Shown piece after piece: positions 14,847 through 28,923 of a DNA stretch of 64,000 nt; the stretch's first letter is position 1; every line of letters starts with the position of its first letter. Source of the DNA: Ramazzottius varieornatus (lineage: Eukaryota > Animalia > Tardigrada); NCBI GenBank assembly GCA_001949185.1, contig BDGG01000005.1, positions 496,001 through 560,000 of the forward strand, read 5' to 3'. The position numbers and the translations under genes were made by a program. The notes beneath the pieces were generated by a model, which was not told the origin of the DNA, did no database searches, and saw nothing but the letters and a program-made list of their open reading frames with translations.

Positions 14847-15832
14847 GGCCAAACTGGACGTTAATTACGTAAGAGCGTTTGGAAGAGATGGTTATCATAA
14901 CAATACTGGTCCATTACGTTTTGAAGGTCTCTATCGTTGAAGTAAAAGTTGATCCTTCCAGCTCTCAAGACAGTGTTCCTCGCGGAGGTTCGTCAAGCTT
15001 GTCCGTCGTTAGCTCTAGTCGCTGCTAACCCTCCACGCTTCGTAAAGAAATCTCAACAATGCACCGACACTATGAACGCACTGACCAGCCTGAAACAAGA
15101 TAACTCTGTACGACACGGGGAATCCAAAACAGGCAAACAGCTGATCTTGATTCTTGTCTCCACTCTCCAAAATCCAAAATTTTTCGACCAGAAGCAGAAG
15201 GGATTCTAGGGAAGTGAACCAACGCCCCGAGCGCGAGGGGAGCTGTTGACTAAGGTGTAAGGTCAAACTGCTGTATCGGCCCACCCCGGGAGAATTTTGA
15301 CTCGCAGGTCACAAAAGTTTTCAGTGTTCACCTCTTCAGAAGTTTCAAGCTGTTTCTGATGGCGTGAAAGTGCGACGGACAACGACCTGTTTGTCTTTTG
15401 GGGTTATTCTTTGCGTGCAATTAATGCCAGCATGTGTGTGGCTGGCTTCGCAAGAAGAAAGCTCCGTTGACATAATCTGGAAAGCCACACTGTGCGGTTG
15501 CTTTGCTGCCGTCGACCGTCGAAACTGCTCGGACTTCGCAAGGTACGATTATGCTGACCATTATTCAGACGTTGCTATTCCTTGTTCTTCTGTACGTGGT
15601 GTCCGTACGACAACATGGCTCATGTACTTCCCGTTATAGACAAGAGGGAGAATTTCTGGAGCGATCCCCATATGCTGAATGCTGGTACTGGTCCTGAGGA
15701 TCGAGTATATAGTGGACGACCGCGCAGACGAGCTAGGTGCGCCAGTTGAACGGGGAGTTTGAGCGTTTTGTTGGATCTACTCGTCCTTCATATTTCCGTT
15801 CGCTCTACCAGTGTATCTAACTCCAAGACACC

Positions 15833-17414
15833 ATGTCGAGGAACAACGATAACCGTGAAAGGAAGACATATCCACTGAAGTTCGGCAAGACATTCGACAA
15901 GAAGTCCGATGTGTCCTATAATACTCTCAAGCGTAAGTCAGGTTGTCGCTATCACAGGAAAGGTTCAGTACACTGTAGTCTGTAACGCTCGTTTGGAAAT
16001 TACTGCCGTCTCTGGTAATACCTTTTCCGAACAAGGTAATTTGGATGGTTCCGTGTGTTGCAGTTGACTTTAAACCGGTTTCACTGGGGTCGAGCAAAGA
16101 CATGATGTTGGAGGTTGGAGGACCAGGCGGAGAAAACTCGAACCAAGTTACAGCCACAATACCCGGAAAACAGGTGAAGCAACTTAATGAACCTCGGAAC
16201 TTTGCAAAATTTATTTCATAAGTCCTTACTACTACAGTGCAGCTCTGTAAATACAAGGACAGCTCGAAGGTTCGTGGTTTGTTGATGCTCTGGTTTTAGG
16301 GATCTGGAGCAAATAACGCCCCGCCAACCATCTATAAGGGGCACAAAGCTCCATATGGTGCAAAAGACTGCCTTCTCATCATCGACGAAGTGACCGGAGA
16401 AGTCACGTTGGAAAGACTTGGCGAAAGCATCAATCTTAAGAAATCGAGGTGCGTGATCACGATCCAATAGGTATGGAAGGTTCACATCGTGTAATGTTCG
16501 TTTCTTGTTCCACTTTGAAGGCCAGAAGGAAGTTCCAAGGCTCAGGGATATCGCGGACGACCTGGAGGGCCGCTCCCTTCTCCCGGTAACTCCGACAAGA
16601 TGGAGCAAAGTCCTGGCGACTCGGCCAATGACTTCTCCCCGGCTCCGTCATCGTCCCCGATACCCTCTCCTTCCTCACAACCGCCTCCACTACCTGCTCA
16701 CTCACACAATTCATACGGTAACCATGCTCGCTCGGGTGGCTCCTTACAAGCAGCAAGTTTCGAACCGTGGGCTAAAGATCCTTCGGCTGGACTGAACAGA
16801 AACGATCATCGAAGGGGCTCAACTCAACAGGAACCTAAACGTACGAAATATCAACTCAGTAGCATCATGAAGTATCTACATATCGATATTTCCTGTTTAC
16901 AGAAACTCCAGTCAGCCTTCCAAAGAAGCCCTCACCAAAGAAGTCGGACGCTATGGTTATGAGTTCGTCAAGTTCGAGCTCTTCTAGTTCGTCCAGCTCC
17001 TCAGGTTCCTCTAGTGAAAGCGAGCCGGATATCGATTCGCTTTTGACAGATAACAGTCCCAAGAAGAAGAAAGGTGGGTTAGCAGTTCCTTCGACAACGA
17101 GCTGAAGTGTTGTTTGACTTTGAGTTCTCTGAGCATGTTGCTCTGTAGGTCGCGGAGCAGCTCAGAGTTTACCGCAGCAGCCTGTTCACGTTCCCGTTCC
17201 TCAAACTGTTATGTCCGGTGTGCCATCAAATTCGATGGGCCAGAAACTACGTAAGTTATTCGTGGAGGGTTGAAGATTACACATTTGGTTGGGAACATAG
17301 ACTTATGGGTTATTCTTTGCAGTTGAAGATCTTCATGTGAGTAGTGATGAGGATGAAGATGAAGACGACAAGAAGGAGAAGGAAGACGACCTCGATGATA
17401 TCATGGCTTTCTGA
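15833..17414 (+). CDS. EAF: ELL-associated factor (EAF1/2), multi-exon
   Basis: N-terminal EAF domain (YPLKFGKTF, DFKPVS, YKG, KDCLLIIDEVTGEVTLERL), Ser/Pro-rich middle, acidic end EDLHVSSDEDEDED. Confidence 0.85.
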
Positions 17415-18258
17415 TACTTTCTAAAAAGGACTCGTTGTCACGAAATTTATCCAGAGCAGTAAGTCTTGAAGGTTTTGCATGCTTTTTTGCAATATACGTC
17501 TCCGTTTTCTGTTGGCGGTTGTGCCTTCCCGAGTTTCTTTCTGGGTCTTTCACTGATAATTTATACTCGAGACGCGTACATTTCAATCAAACCGGAGATG
17601 TCTGACTTGCGGGTGGAACTTATAGTTGCTCTTGTCAGACGTAGTTCAGTTTCCCTGCACGAGTATAGCGAACGGGCCTCTGATTGCGTGCTGCTACACA
17701 CGCGACCTTGATTATTTATCGAGCGCCGCGCTCAGTAAACTGCAGGCGAAGCTGTGGGTGCCTGGCTAACTCTTCCATACTGTACTCTTCGCGTACTATT
17801 TGTGTCCTGAATGGGATGGCTCATAAGTCATAAATGATGTATGAATCGTACCGTTTTGTACCGCCTCGTCAAGTTTTCGGCGAGGTTCCGTGAGTCAGGA
17901 GCTGCTTAGCGGCCTGGGTGGCGCATATGTTGTACATGAGTCAGGTTCACATCGATAGTCAGTCTACCGCAGGGTCTGTAGATAGCCTGTTACATTGCTA
18001 GCGAACATCCGCATATTGATAATGGAACTCGTTCTTATAAAAGGCCAGTAGTTGTCGAAGGTTTTTTTATTTTCGTTTCAAACGAGCTCACAATCTCGAC
18101 AAGCTTGTCAAGGGAACAGGATTGCTTATTAGGCTTTCTTTTCCTCATCTGAACGCATCCAACATCGCTGTCCTTCCTAGCTAGCCTTTCGAAATTTTCT
18201 CGGGTGATCAGTGAGACTTATTGGATCTTTGTCTCGAACTTTCGGTACTTACACCACC

Positions 18259-20576
18259 ATGGCGTCCATTGTTCAAGAATTCAAGCCTCAGGAAGCGCCC
18301 ATTTCGAGAGTCACGGTTTATCGCGATAGAGCAGAAATTACTCGTGGTCTTCGCTTCCAAGTCAAGACTGTGGGTTTACAAGATGTGGTACTGGCCTCGG
18401 TGCCGACACCTGTGCAGCTGGACTCTTTGAGGTAAGATCAATCTTTCACTGGAAATCAATATTGGACACTGTGCTGAAACGGTCTGTTTCAGGGTCGACG
18501 GAAAAGGTAGCGCGCAGATCGTCGGGGTGAACGTGTCGGATTCATGGGTCGAGAAGTCCGCCAGTGGTGAGCTGAAGCAGAAAGAAAAGAACCAGAGAGA
18601 ACTGTTGGAGGGCCTCGAAGAGCGGAAGGCGGATGCGGAGAATGCCGAGTCACTGCATGTGAAACAGCTCCAGTTTTGGGATCAGTGTTCGGATTCCCTG
18701 TCCAAGGTACGAACTCTGGAGAACTTTAATTGGTGCAAGTTTTCTTGGATAACTGTCGTTTTTGTCACAGGAAATTTTCGCCGTGAAAGACGGAAAATCA
18801 AGTCCGGTGACGTCGGATACTTACACCAAGCTGAACGAGTTCTTGGGCGTCTACCTGCAGGAGAAGTCGAAAATCGAGAAGGAACTTCGCATAATCCGTA
18901 AAAGTATCACCAAGCTGAACGAGGAAATCGAAACCGCCCAGAGGAACTTGAATGAAGTGACGAACGCTTCCAGCAGACAGACATGGTACGTTTCGAGCAC
19001 GATTTTGCGCCAGCGTCAGAGTTTCCCAAATACGTTCGTAGCATATTTCGAGCTGGAAACCTATTATGCTGCAATTATGCTCGTCTTCAACGCAAAGTTT
19101 TTTCGCAGGAGCATTTTGGTTTCTCTGGATGTGGCAGCTCCAGGGGACATGGAACTGACATACAGCTACATAGCTCATCACTCGGCTTGGTGGAGCCCAA
19201 AGTACGATGTTCGTGTGGCACCGGAAAGCAAGAAAATTACGGTAAGCACAGACGGAAAAAAATCACAGAATACTCGCCAAACGAGTGGGAATGCTGATCG
19301 CTAATGGGAATGTTTTACGATGCCGACAGTAAAATCCACATAGCTTTATAGTACCGGTTTCATTCAGTAGCATGGCTCGTTAAAAATGCAAACTTGGCTC
19401 ATGTTTCCAGCTGCACCTGAATAACTTTACATAAACAGGTTTTTGTATTAGTAGAATAGAACATTGTTTAATATCATTCCCTGATTCCTTTAGCTATCGT
19501 ATTACGGCGTCATCACGCAAAACACGGGTGAAGATTGGGTCGACGTACCACTACAGCTGTCGACAGCCGTGCCGTCCCATGGAGGAACTATTCCTACACT
19601 GGGAACTAAGCAGATTTCCTTCAAGGAGCCCCCACCACCGGTACAAATACAGAATCCCGGGTTCGGGTATGGTGGGGCCGAACCTCGAATGAAACGCATG
19701 ACGGCTGCAACCTTCTCGGCCCAGCATGACACCATGGAGTATGCTATGGCACCAATGGCGATGGCTGTTTCTCGGGTAAAAACAGTCTAAATGATAATGG
19801 CTCACGCTTGTTGAAAGTGCCTTTGGAATAACTCCTTGTATGACATTAGGTTCAAGATTCTGGCGTCACCACCTCGTTCGAGATTATCAGGCCTGCCACC
19901 ATTCCGTCTGATGGCTCGGAGCACAAAGTTACCGTTGGCATCATAGACATGGAGTCGCACATGCAGTACAAGAGTATTCCCAAGCGAGAAGAACGAGCTT
20001 TCCTGGAAGCCAAGGCGAAGAACTCCAGCCCGTATCCCATTCTGCCGGGACCGGCTAGCGTCTTTTTTGGCACAAACTTCGTTGCAACGGTAAAAACTTT
20101 CTTGAGACCTGATGATCACCAGGTTCTAAATGTCTTCTCGATACCGATAGGTGAATCTGAAAACCGTGAGCCCGCAAGAGGACTTCACGTGCTCCTTAGG
20201 CGTCGACCCAGCTGTCAGAATCACCTATCGACCGGTCCGAAAGTTCAACGAGCAGACCGGCTTGCTTCAGAGATCCAATGTTGTGACATACGTTCAGGAG
20301 GTCGATATCTACAACACGCGCGAAGAGAGTATTCACATCGTGCTGCAAGAGCAGGTACCTCGAAGCACAGAGGACCGCCTGAAGGTTATCCTGATCGAAC
20401 CTGCACTTACCCGAGACCAGCGAGAAGCCAAGGGCTATCTGCTGAACCAAGATAATAACCTGGAAGCCGAAATGGACATCAAGGGTCGTACCAAGCACGT
20501 CTGGACCATCAAATACAGGCTGGAGTACCCTTCGGACAAAGAGATCGAAGAAACAGAATTACCATCGACCATCTAA
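18259..20576 (+). CDS. DUF4140/DUF4139 domain protein (F37C4.5/MuiA-like), multi-exon
   Basis: ISRVTVYRDRAEITR, DSLRVDG, a coiled coil, WSPKYDVRV, ITQNTGEDW, LSTAVPS, TIPSDGSEHKVTV, LGVDPAVRI, EQVPRS. Confidence 0.88.
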
Positions 20577-21155
20577 CTGGCATCATACTGAAGCCTTGCA
20601 GTCTTGCTACTTGATAAAACTGTACGTGTACCCTTGTTAATCTGTCCACCAGCGAAAACCGTTTTTACGGAACCGCACTAGTGGCCCTTTGACGGCTTTC
20701 GTGGTTTCGGGGACAGTTGGATACATTTTCTGTTTTATCTTTCGCTAGACGTCTTATAACAAAGAGGAACTTATAAACAGAAGAATTGCAGGTTGTTTCT
20801 TGCGGTAGCTCACTGCGCGATTTTGCGCTCGCGCAAATCGAAGAATACGACGAACCCAGAAGTGCTTGGACCATTCAATCTAATCAATCTTTCTTGAAAT
20901 CAAGTGCGAGTCACTGTATGCCATCGACGGCTTCTCTCTCAGAACTAAGAATCAGCTGATCAGCAGCTGAAATGGTGGTATGGCTTCTTTTGATTGATTC
21001 TCAGTGCCCACTTTCACGTTCCAGGCTTCCAGACAGAGTAGGCTTCCAGAGTCGGTGTTGAGGTTCGCACAGGTTGTCAAAAGAGACTGCCCATTTTTTG
21101 TACTCGTGAAGTTGCGCCGAATGATCCAGCAGATTGCTAGTCTTAGCCTACAAGA

Positions 21156-22428
21156 ATGATGCCGGACGGGAAGAGACTGTTGATCGTCGGAGCGGGAATC
21201 ACCGGAAGTAGCCTTGCGTTCGAACTATGCCAAACCTTTGGGAAAGCGATCATTAGCAAGCAGGTTGTCGTCTGGGACAAATCTAGAGGTCCAGGTAAGA
21301 TACCTTGTTCCGGGATGTTCTCCAGTTCATAGTTTTAAAATTTAATGCGTGGATAGGCGGACGGATGTCCACGTCGCGATCACCAACAAATCCCGAATGC
21401 CGGGCTGATCTGGGAGCACAGTATATAAGCTCCTCGCAGGAAACCATGAGGAAGTATAACAGGTAAACGCATCGTTTCGAACCGTCGATCCTTTTCATGT
21501 ATATTCGAGTTGTTTAATTGACCCAAAGTCCAAGATCGCAAAGTCTGTTACTGTATGTATTTTCAGGTTTTATGACGCTTTAACTAAAGATCATTTGTTA
21601 ACCGAGATGGTTGCGCCCGTTGAAGGCAACAATCCGTACCAAAAACCTGGAATAGTGGATATGATAGCTCCACAAGGGATGTCCTCCATGGTGAAGTTCT
21701 TCTTGCAGCAATCCGGTGTGAAAGTGGAAACGGAACGCGAAGTGAAGCAGATTGATGCACAATTCCATAGAGAGTGTTTAACGCTGCTGACCACTTCCGG
21801 CCACACGGAAGACTTCCACACAGTGATATTGACCATTCCAGTTCCCCAGATCTTGAAACTCAAAGGAACTTTTGCCGACGACTCCGCAAAGCAGACTTTG
21901 GCAGAACGATCGATTCAATACTCTTCAAAGTACTCGCTTGTGTACTTCTTCGACGAGCTTACGGACGTCGGCTTGAACTTTGGCTTCCGGTTCGTGGATG
22001 ATGACGATATAATTCGGTATATATCAGTGGACAACATCAAGAGGGGGAAACCGGACCAACCTGCTGCAGTAGTGTTCCACTCAACGTGGCAGTTCGGAAG
22101 GGATAAAGTTGACACCGACAAGGAGGAAGTGGAAAAGCTGATGATGGCGAAGGTCGTCCAAATGTTTCCGGACCTTCCTCAACCTTCGGCGCGAAAGATC
22201 CACCGATGGAGGTACTCTCAAGTACGGAGTCACAATGACAGAGATTCAAAAGAGAAGTCAGACGTGAACGGATGCTTTGTTTTGAGGAAAGAGAAGCCGA
22301 TTGTGATATGCGCCGGTGATGGCTTTACAGAGTCTTCTCTTGATGGTTGTTTACAGTCTGCTACTAAAACTGTTCAATATTTCAAGCCAGCGTTAGAAGA
22401 AATGTTTTCTCCAGAGAATATCCAATAG
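21156..22428 (+). CDS. RNLS: Renalase-like FAD-dependent oxidoreductase, 3 exons
   Basis: LIVGAGITGS Rossmann motif, WDKSRGPGGRMSTSRS, ADLGAQYIS, VILTIPVPQIL, HRWRYSQV, CAGDGFTESSLDGCLQSA. Confidence 0.92.
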
Positions 22429-23027
22429 AAAACTTGTATATTTTGTCGTGTGTACTTTCCGATGCGTTTTCGTTTCAGTATCGAGGGTTCCACACACATG
22501 AGTATTTATGGCCATAAAACTTTCGTAGAGCCTCTATATAACAGTTTACATGAAGCACCAGATGAAGCGGGAAAACTTGCGAACGTGGAAAAGAAAAAAA
22601 CTCGGGTAACATAAAAATGCCACCGAAGATGAAACCTACTCATGTATTGTCCACAAAAAATACAGCTCAAAAGTCATTTAATAAATTAGGGGCGTGTTGC
22701 GCGTCTCAGCTGTGATGTTTGAACAGAACCATATAATGATGCAGTAGCTTCCTTGGAGATCAGCAACCTGCCATCTGCACCAGGATAAAATGAAAAGACC
22801 GACATTTTGGTACTTAAAGGTCCAGAAAAAGGAGGGAAAGCCCACATCAACAGGCATTCGTTATAGATCATATGGTACTCTTTCGGTACATGATCACTTC
22901 GTCAGGCTCCGTAAACATGGCATATCTACAGTACAAACACACCGGAAATGAATCACAACATCATTATTCTGGCAGTAATCGTTCATCATACATCTTAGTC
23001 TTCTAATTTACCCTGAAGGAACTTCAC

Positions 23028-26000
23028 TTACGCGTTCCGTGTCATCACAGCGTCAGTTAAAGGGCGAGCATGGTTGATGCTTTTGAGTGCTTCTTCCTCG
23101 CGGATGGCTTCCCAGTAACGAGCTACTGGATCACCTTCCCAGTGAGTCTTCTCGAGAGGACGGAAAAACCTAAAAGAAAGAAGCATCTCAGTCCTTGCAA
23201 CTTCCACGCCCCAAGTTTACATGCAGCTACCATTGAAACTACTTACTGTCCCTTGACGTCATCGACCAAATTCTTCTCCTTGTCTGTCATAGGTTCTATT
23301 ACAGTGTCAATATTCATATGGACTAAAGCCGGCCTGCAATGAAACAACAGGATGAGATAAACGCACCACGTACACATTACGTAAGAAATTCGCCTTTACC
23401 TTTCGATGCACACCATACTGGCGACAGTCGTGTCAATGTCATTGGAATTGTAGCAGAATTTGAGGATAATCTTTTCCAGATCCTCGCCCTGTTCCTGCAA
23501 GAAAAAGCCGATGACTGCAAAAAGAATAGCCAGGTGCTGGTTAAAAATACCCCCCCCCCCGCTGTGCGGCAAGAAACGTCATCTGAAAAACACACCACAT
23601 GTCTTGAGGCTAGACTTACTTCGGCGTATGCGACAGCAGCACGACAGGCAATTTTCAGCGAGTCATTCGCCGGGTGCCAGTCTTCCGGGCCGTTCTTCGA
23701 CAGGAGACCCAGGCCGAGCGGCGCGGCATTGACAACACCCACACCCCGCTCTCGCAGTTCCGGAACGATGTCAAGCAGATCCTAGAAGGCACAAGACGTG
23801 AGTAATTGCATCGGACGGCTTCAGTGACAACCAAAGGAAGAAACTTTCCTGTCATGTGATAACAGTAACGGCTTACATTGTTATACATTCCGTAGCGACA
23901 GAAGCAATGGATCGTGTGAATTTTCACCGAGCTCCTTTGCACAACTTCCCTGCAAAGGAGAGAAGACAGCATTACAAACACACCAATCAAAGTCACATCG
24001 ATTTTCCATCATATTTATTCTACAAAGGAACGCCAGCTGTTATTATCCGATCTGTCACCATGTAAGCTAATTTAGACCGTCTATGTCTAACCATGCATAT
24101 GACTACGACGTCGTAGCCGGAAATGACTACACTTCTCTCCAAGCGTGTTCGCGACGTAGCTACGAGTTACTGTCGTCAATTATCGGCTAGTCGATATGGG
24201 CCAGAAACAAGTGTGAATTGTAAGAACCATTTAATTTATCAGGGTCAGAAGGGCTGGCATTCGCTCAAGTGTTACTTCAGCCCTACTTCCGTTCTTTCCA
24301 CCCGAACGCACGGCAGATACGCGTGTCAGGTTTCGAGAAGCAGAGTACGGAACAGTTTCGAGGTCGCCACCAAGTTCTCACCGAAAAACCCGCATAAATT
24401 AGAGGCCGACAAAGGACATTCGTTGCCCATACACTTACATACCAATCCATCATAAAAGTTCTATGGCTCGAAGCATGCAGGTGCATGATAGACAACCATC
24501 GCGGGAACGTGCACACCCCGAACCAGAGTAAACGAACGATTTGCAGGTACGCGGGTACGTTAGATGCACTATACTCCTTCCAAGGTTCTGCGTAGTCACA
24601 TGACAGGCTCACAAAATAATCCCCGAGGGCTACTGACTGAACCATGGTCACCTGGGGCCTAACGTATGGGCCTGTCATCTGACTACGCAAGACCGTGGAA
24701 GGAATACAGTATGCCCAATTTGCCTCCCCGCCTCTGAGAAGACCTGTAATCTGTTTTCGTTAAATTTACGGTGGATTATTCTGAAGGAAAAGAAGTAGCG
24801 TGACAAAAATGCTTACAGGAGGGTTTTGGGTTGGTATCCAGTGATGCCAATGAAACGGACTTTGCCAGCCAGTCGGAGTTTTTCCAAGGCAGGCAGTGTT
24901 TCGTTGATGATGATGTCCAAATTAGGTGCAAATTCCAAATCGTGAACCTAAGCGAAACAAGGACGTTCTCACACATTACATCACCTGACAGTTCAACACA
25001 ATAGCAATGTACAGTATTTCCATCATTCCTTCCACGAGGAAAACACGCGGTAATTGAGCTGCTTAAGCAAACCGGTTATGGGGGTATATGCCATGTCAAT
25101 ATGCGCATTTGATGCACGCCGAAAGACAACCCAATAAATCGGTCTGTAAACCTCTTACATACTAGTCTGCAGCGTGGCCCATGCAACTGGCTCGTAACCC
25201 GGAAAAGAAACGGCAGAGCACGTACTTGAATGATATCGACATAGGACAGACCGAGACGCGTCAAGCTCTCCTCGAAACTCTCCACCACACGCTTGGCACT
25301 AAAATCGAACATTTCCTCCACACTTCCGGCATATCTTCCCGCTTTGGTGGCGATGTAGTAGGCTCGACGAGGAACCAGTGCCAGTGCCTGAAACAATCAA
25401 GCAAAATTGAAGGTCGAAGCGCATTTCATCGACACGTAAGAAATTAAAAAAGATATCCCCTGGGGAACTCACTTTGCCGATCAAAGCTTCTGACTTCCCT
25501 CCACCGTACCATGGTGCTGTGTGGACGTAGTTTAGGCCTCGCCTGATACCCTCGCGAATACTCTGCACGGCGTTATTCTCATCCAAAGAACCGTAGAAGC
25601 GTTCGAGACCACCGCCACCGATGGCCAGGGCCGAAACTTCTAAACCTGTTGTTCCAAGAGGTCGATACCGTAGTCGGCGTACTGTCGCTTCATCGCTGTA
25701 TCCGGGGACGAAGGTGGCCGGAAGTTTGCCTGTATATCCATTCCTGCAAAAACAAAAAACGGAAGATTGTTATGTAACCTGATATCAAGCAGCTTACACC
25801 ACTTCCGGTTCGAACTATTCATCCCATTGTCTGTCAGCAGGAATATAGTACAATGCAACAACGATGCGTCAATTGAGTGAGAAGAAGCCAGTGAAGCGAA
25901 AGAAAATGCGGCCATGTTGATTAATCATGTTTGTCACATTTTGAAGAAGAGACACAATAACGTATACATCAGCTGACATCAATCCGACCTTTCGCTCTCC

Positions 26001-26270
26001 TATAAATTCTTCCAAATGACCAGCTTATTAGTTCCCAAAGCCAGAGGAATGAAGATGCGTCTCTTACGTTGAAGCAGCGGGGTGTTGCGCGGAGGAATTG
26101 TTGGTGGGAACGGAAGAAGATAGAGTTTTGGAGCTTTCAGTAACGGTCGAGAGGGCAGGTTTCCTTGAGACGGAATAGGAGCCTGTTCTTGTCCGGGGTC
26201 GAACAACGAGGTCCTTGTCATCCAAGTGATTTATGAAGGCACTTCCGTTCATGGTGATGTCCTGAGGCAT
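23028..26270 (-). CDS. Aldo-keto reductase, L-galactose/D-arabinose dehydrogenase-like, multi-exon
   Basis: YRPLGTTGLEVSAL, NYVHTAPWYG.GKSE, YYIATKAGRY, SLTRLGLSYVDIIQVHDLEF, GKVRFIGITGY, NAAPLGLGLL, WHPA, THWEG. The last codons are uncertain because the TAA overlaps a GTAAGT donor-like site. Confidence 0.88.
24568..24710. mobile_element. MITE-like element with ~44 bp terminal inverted repeats in an AKR intron
   Basis: Left actatactccttccaaggttctgcgtagtcacatgacaggctca versus reverse complement of right actgtattccttccacggtcttgcgtagtcagatgacaggccca. Confidence 0.75.
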
Positions 26271-26861
26271 TTCAGAGTCCTAACATCCGGTAGGGACTTC
26301 CACGCATAGAGTTCACTGAGCGATAACCTCTACGATACCATTAGACATTCAGCCTTGAGAATTAAGCAAGCGACATGAAGGGAGACTGGCGATATTCTTC
26401 TTCTTCTTCTCCGAAATGGCTGATGTGGAGGTCGCTCGTCCCGTCCTCTCAGGTCATGCAGTCGTCAAGGATCTTCATCGAGATGCTTCACCTAAACAAC
26501 TGACGGACGTAATCTGATTACTGTGCTACTTACGGAGAAACCATAAAGTGCCCTTCGAGCGAGTCGGTTAACTTGTGTTGAAAGCTCGTCTAGCTCGCTG
26601 GTCGCGTGTCTTTGCCATTTGACCAATCAAGCACTGTGGACTGGAAGCCCCGCCGCACCGTATTTGACGTCACATGTAACGAGACTCTGTTCGTTCGCAA
26701 GGTCAGTGCGCCATTAATCAAGGAATCAAGCCCAAAAGTGTGTCGTGTTTGTCATGTCATCACGGGCACAAGGGAAAGGGTATCGCAAGGTTCTATCTGT
26801 TGCCTTGTAGAATTTGGAGAATCAGGGATCTGTTAAGTTTCTCTAACTCCAACCTCGCGCC

Positions 26862-27651
<790 letters not shown>

Positions 27652-28923
27652 TCGTTCTCGGCTTTCATTTCTCCGCAGTCTGTCAATTTTATAGAACTTT
27701 GCTTATCGTCGCAGTCTCTGGAGATTCTTCATCCTGATTACATCACGATACGAGACGCTATAGCACGTGCTTTGGTTATCTGTAAGATTAAACTAACATT
27801 TTCTTTCCATATACGTCTGTCCTTGACATTGAAACTTTGCCTTATTGCCTGTAAATATTGTTAATTGAACACAAACGAGGTTATATGCGGAATGTAACTC
27901 TCCAAAGGGTCATGAAACCCTTGCTCTTAACAGTTCAATGCTCTCCAGATTGCTCCTATTACCGGTAAGTTCCTGCGGAAACAACAGGAAGCATATTCCG
28001 TTAAGCTCCAGCAACTATCCGGTTATCGTCCCGGAACTTGTGATGCTGTGTCTTAAAGGTGTGTACGCTCTCCAGGTGGCGAACCTGCATAATATTATGT
28101 TATCAGGAGTTGCCACGGCTGTGAACTTTGTGCTGAACTATCACATGCTTCGCCCGGATAACAAGGCGGACCGTACAGTGGACAGCGCATGCCAAGGAAT
28201 AACGGAGACAGAATCTGATGACTGGTGCAAGACTGGTGAGACTTCATTTACATTCTTTCGGATAAGCAGTTCAGGCTTTGACTGTTGAGTAAACAAAGCT
28301 TTTATAGCGGGTTGCAGGGCAGACTAAGTTTTGTACAAAGTAATGGGAGAATTCAGCACGTAGAGGAATAGCGTCAGCATGTGTGCATATGTATATGCAC
28401 ACCACAGAAACCACAGAAAAATTGTCGAAGAAAACGGTGGCAGTTCTACAGAATACGCAAGTTTTGAAAGTGTAGCAGAAGTCTGGTACCGGTGCCCAGT
28501 TCAAGCTGGTTGTTTACCAAATTATGGGTTGCAGCTATTTTATGCCGACGCAGCTGTTTCCCAGCTTGAGGAAGTGGTTATCGGGCAATCACATCGTTTC
28601 TGGGCTTGTCGTGACCCTCATGCGTGCCATAGTCTAGACAGCTCTGGCAACCGTAGATCAACCGGCTTTCCGATAACATTATCGTGGACATTATGCGTTG
28701 ACACTTCCAATGCTGCATATTGGGATAACGGCATTACTTTCAAAAATCACTACTATAGATAATTCATCACCCTCGGACGATATGGACAGCCTTCACCCCG
28801 GCTGCGGCTTCTGATGAGAACCTTGGGAGGCACCGTTCATCAGTGGAATTTTGGAGATGGGAACCCGCGCTGGCTCGTTGCTCGTTACTGTACAGCCTGA
28901 TGCTATAAAGCTCGATATTTAAT

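Noticed and set aside
23140-23250. Apparent frameshift in the last AKR exon
   Set aside because: On recounting, the phase-2 junction CA|G gives QFFRPLEKTHWEG in frame.
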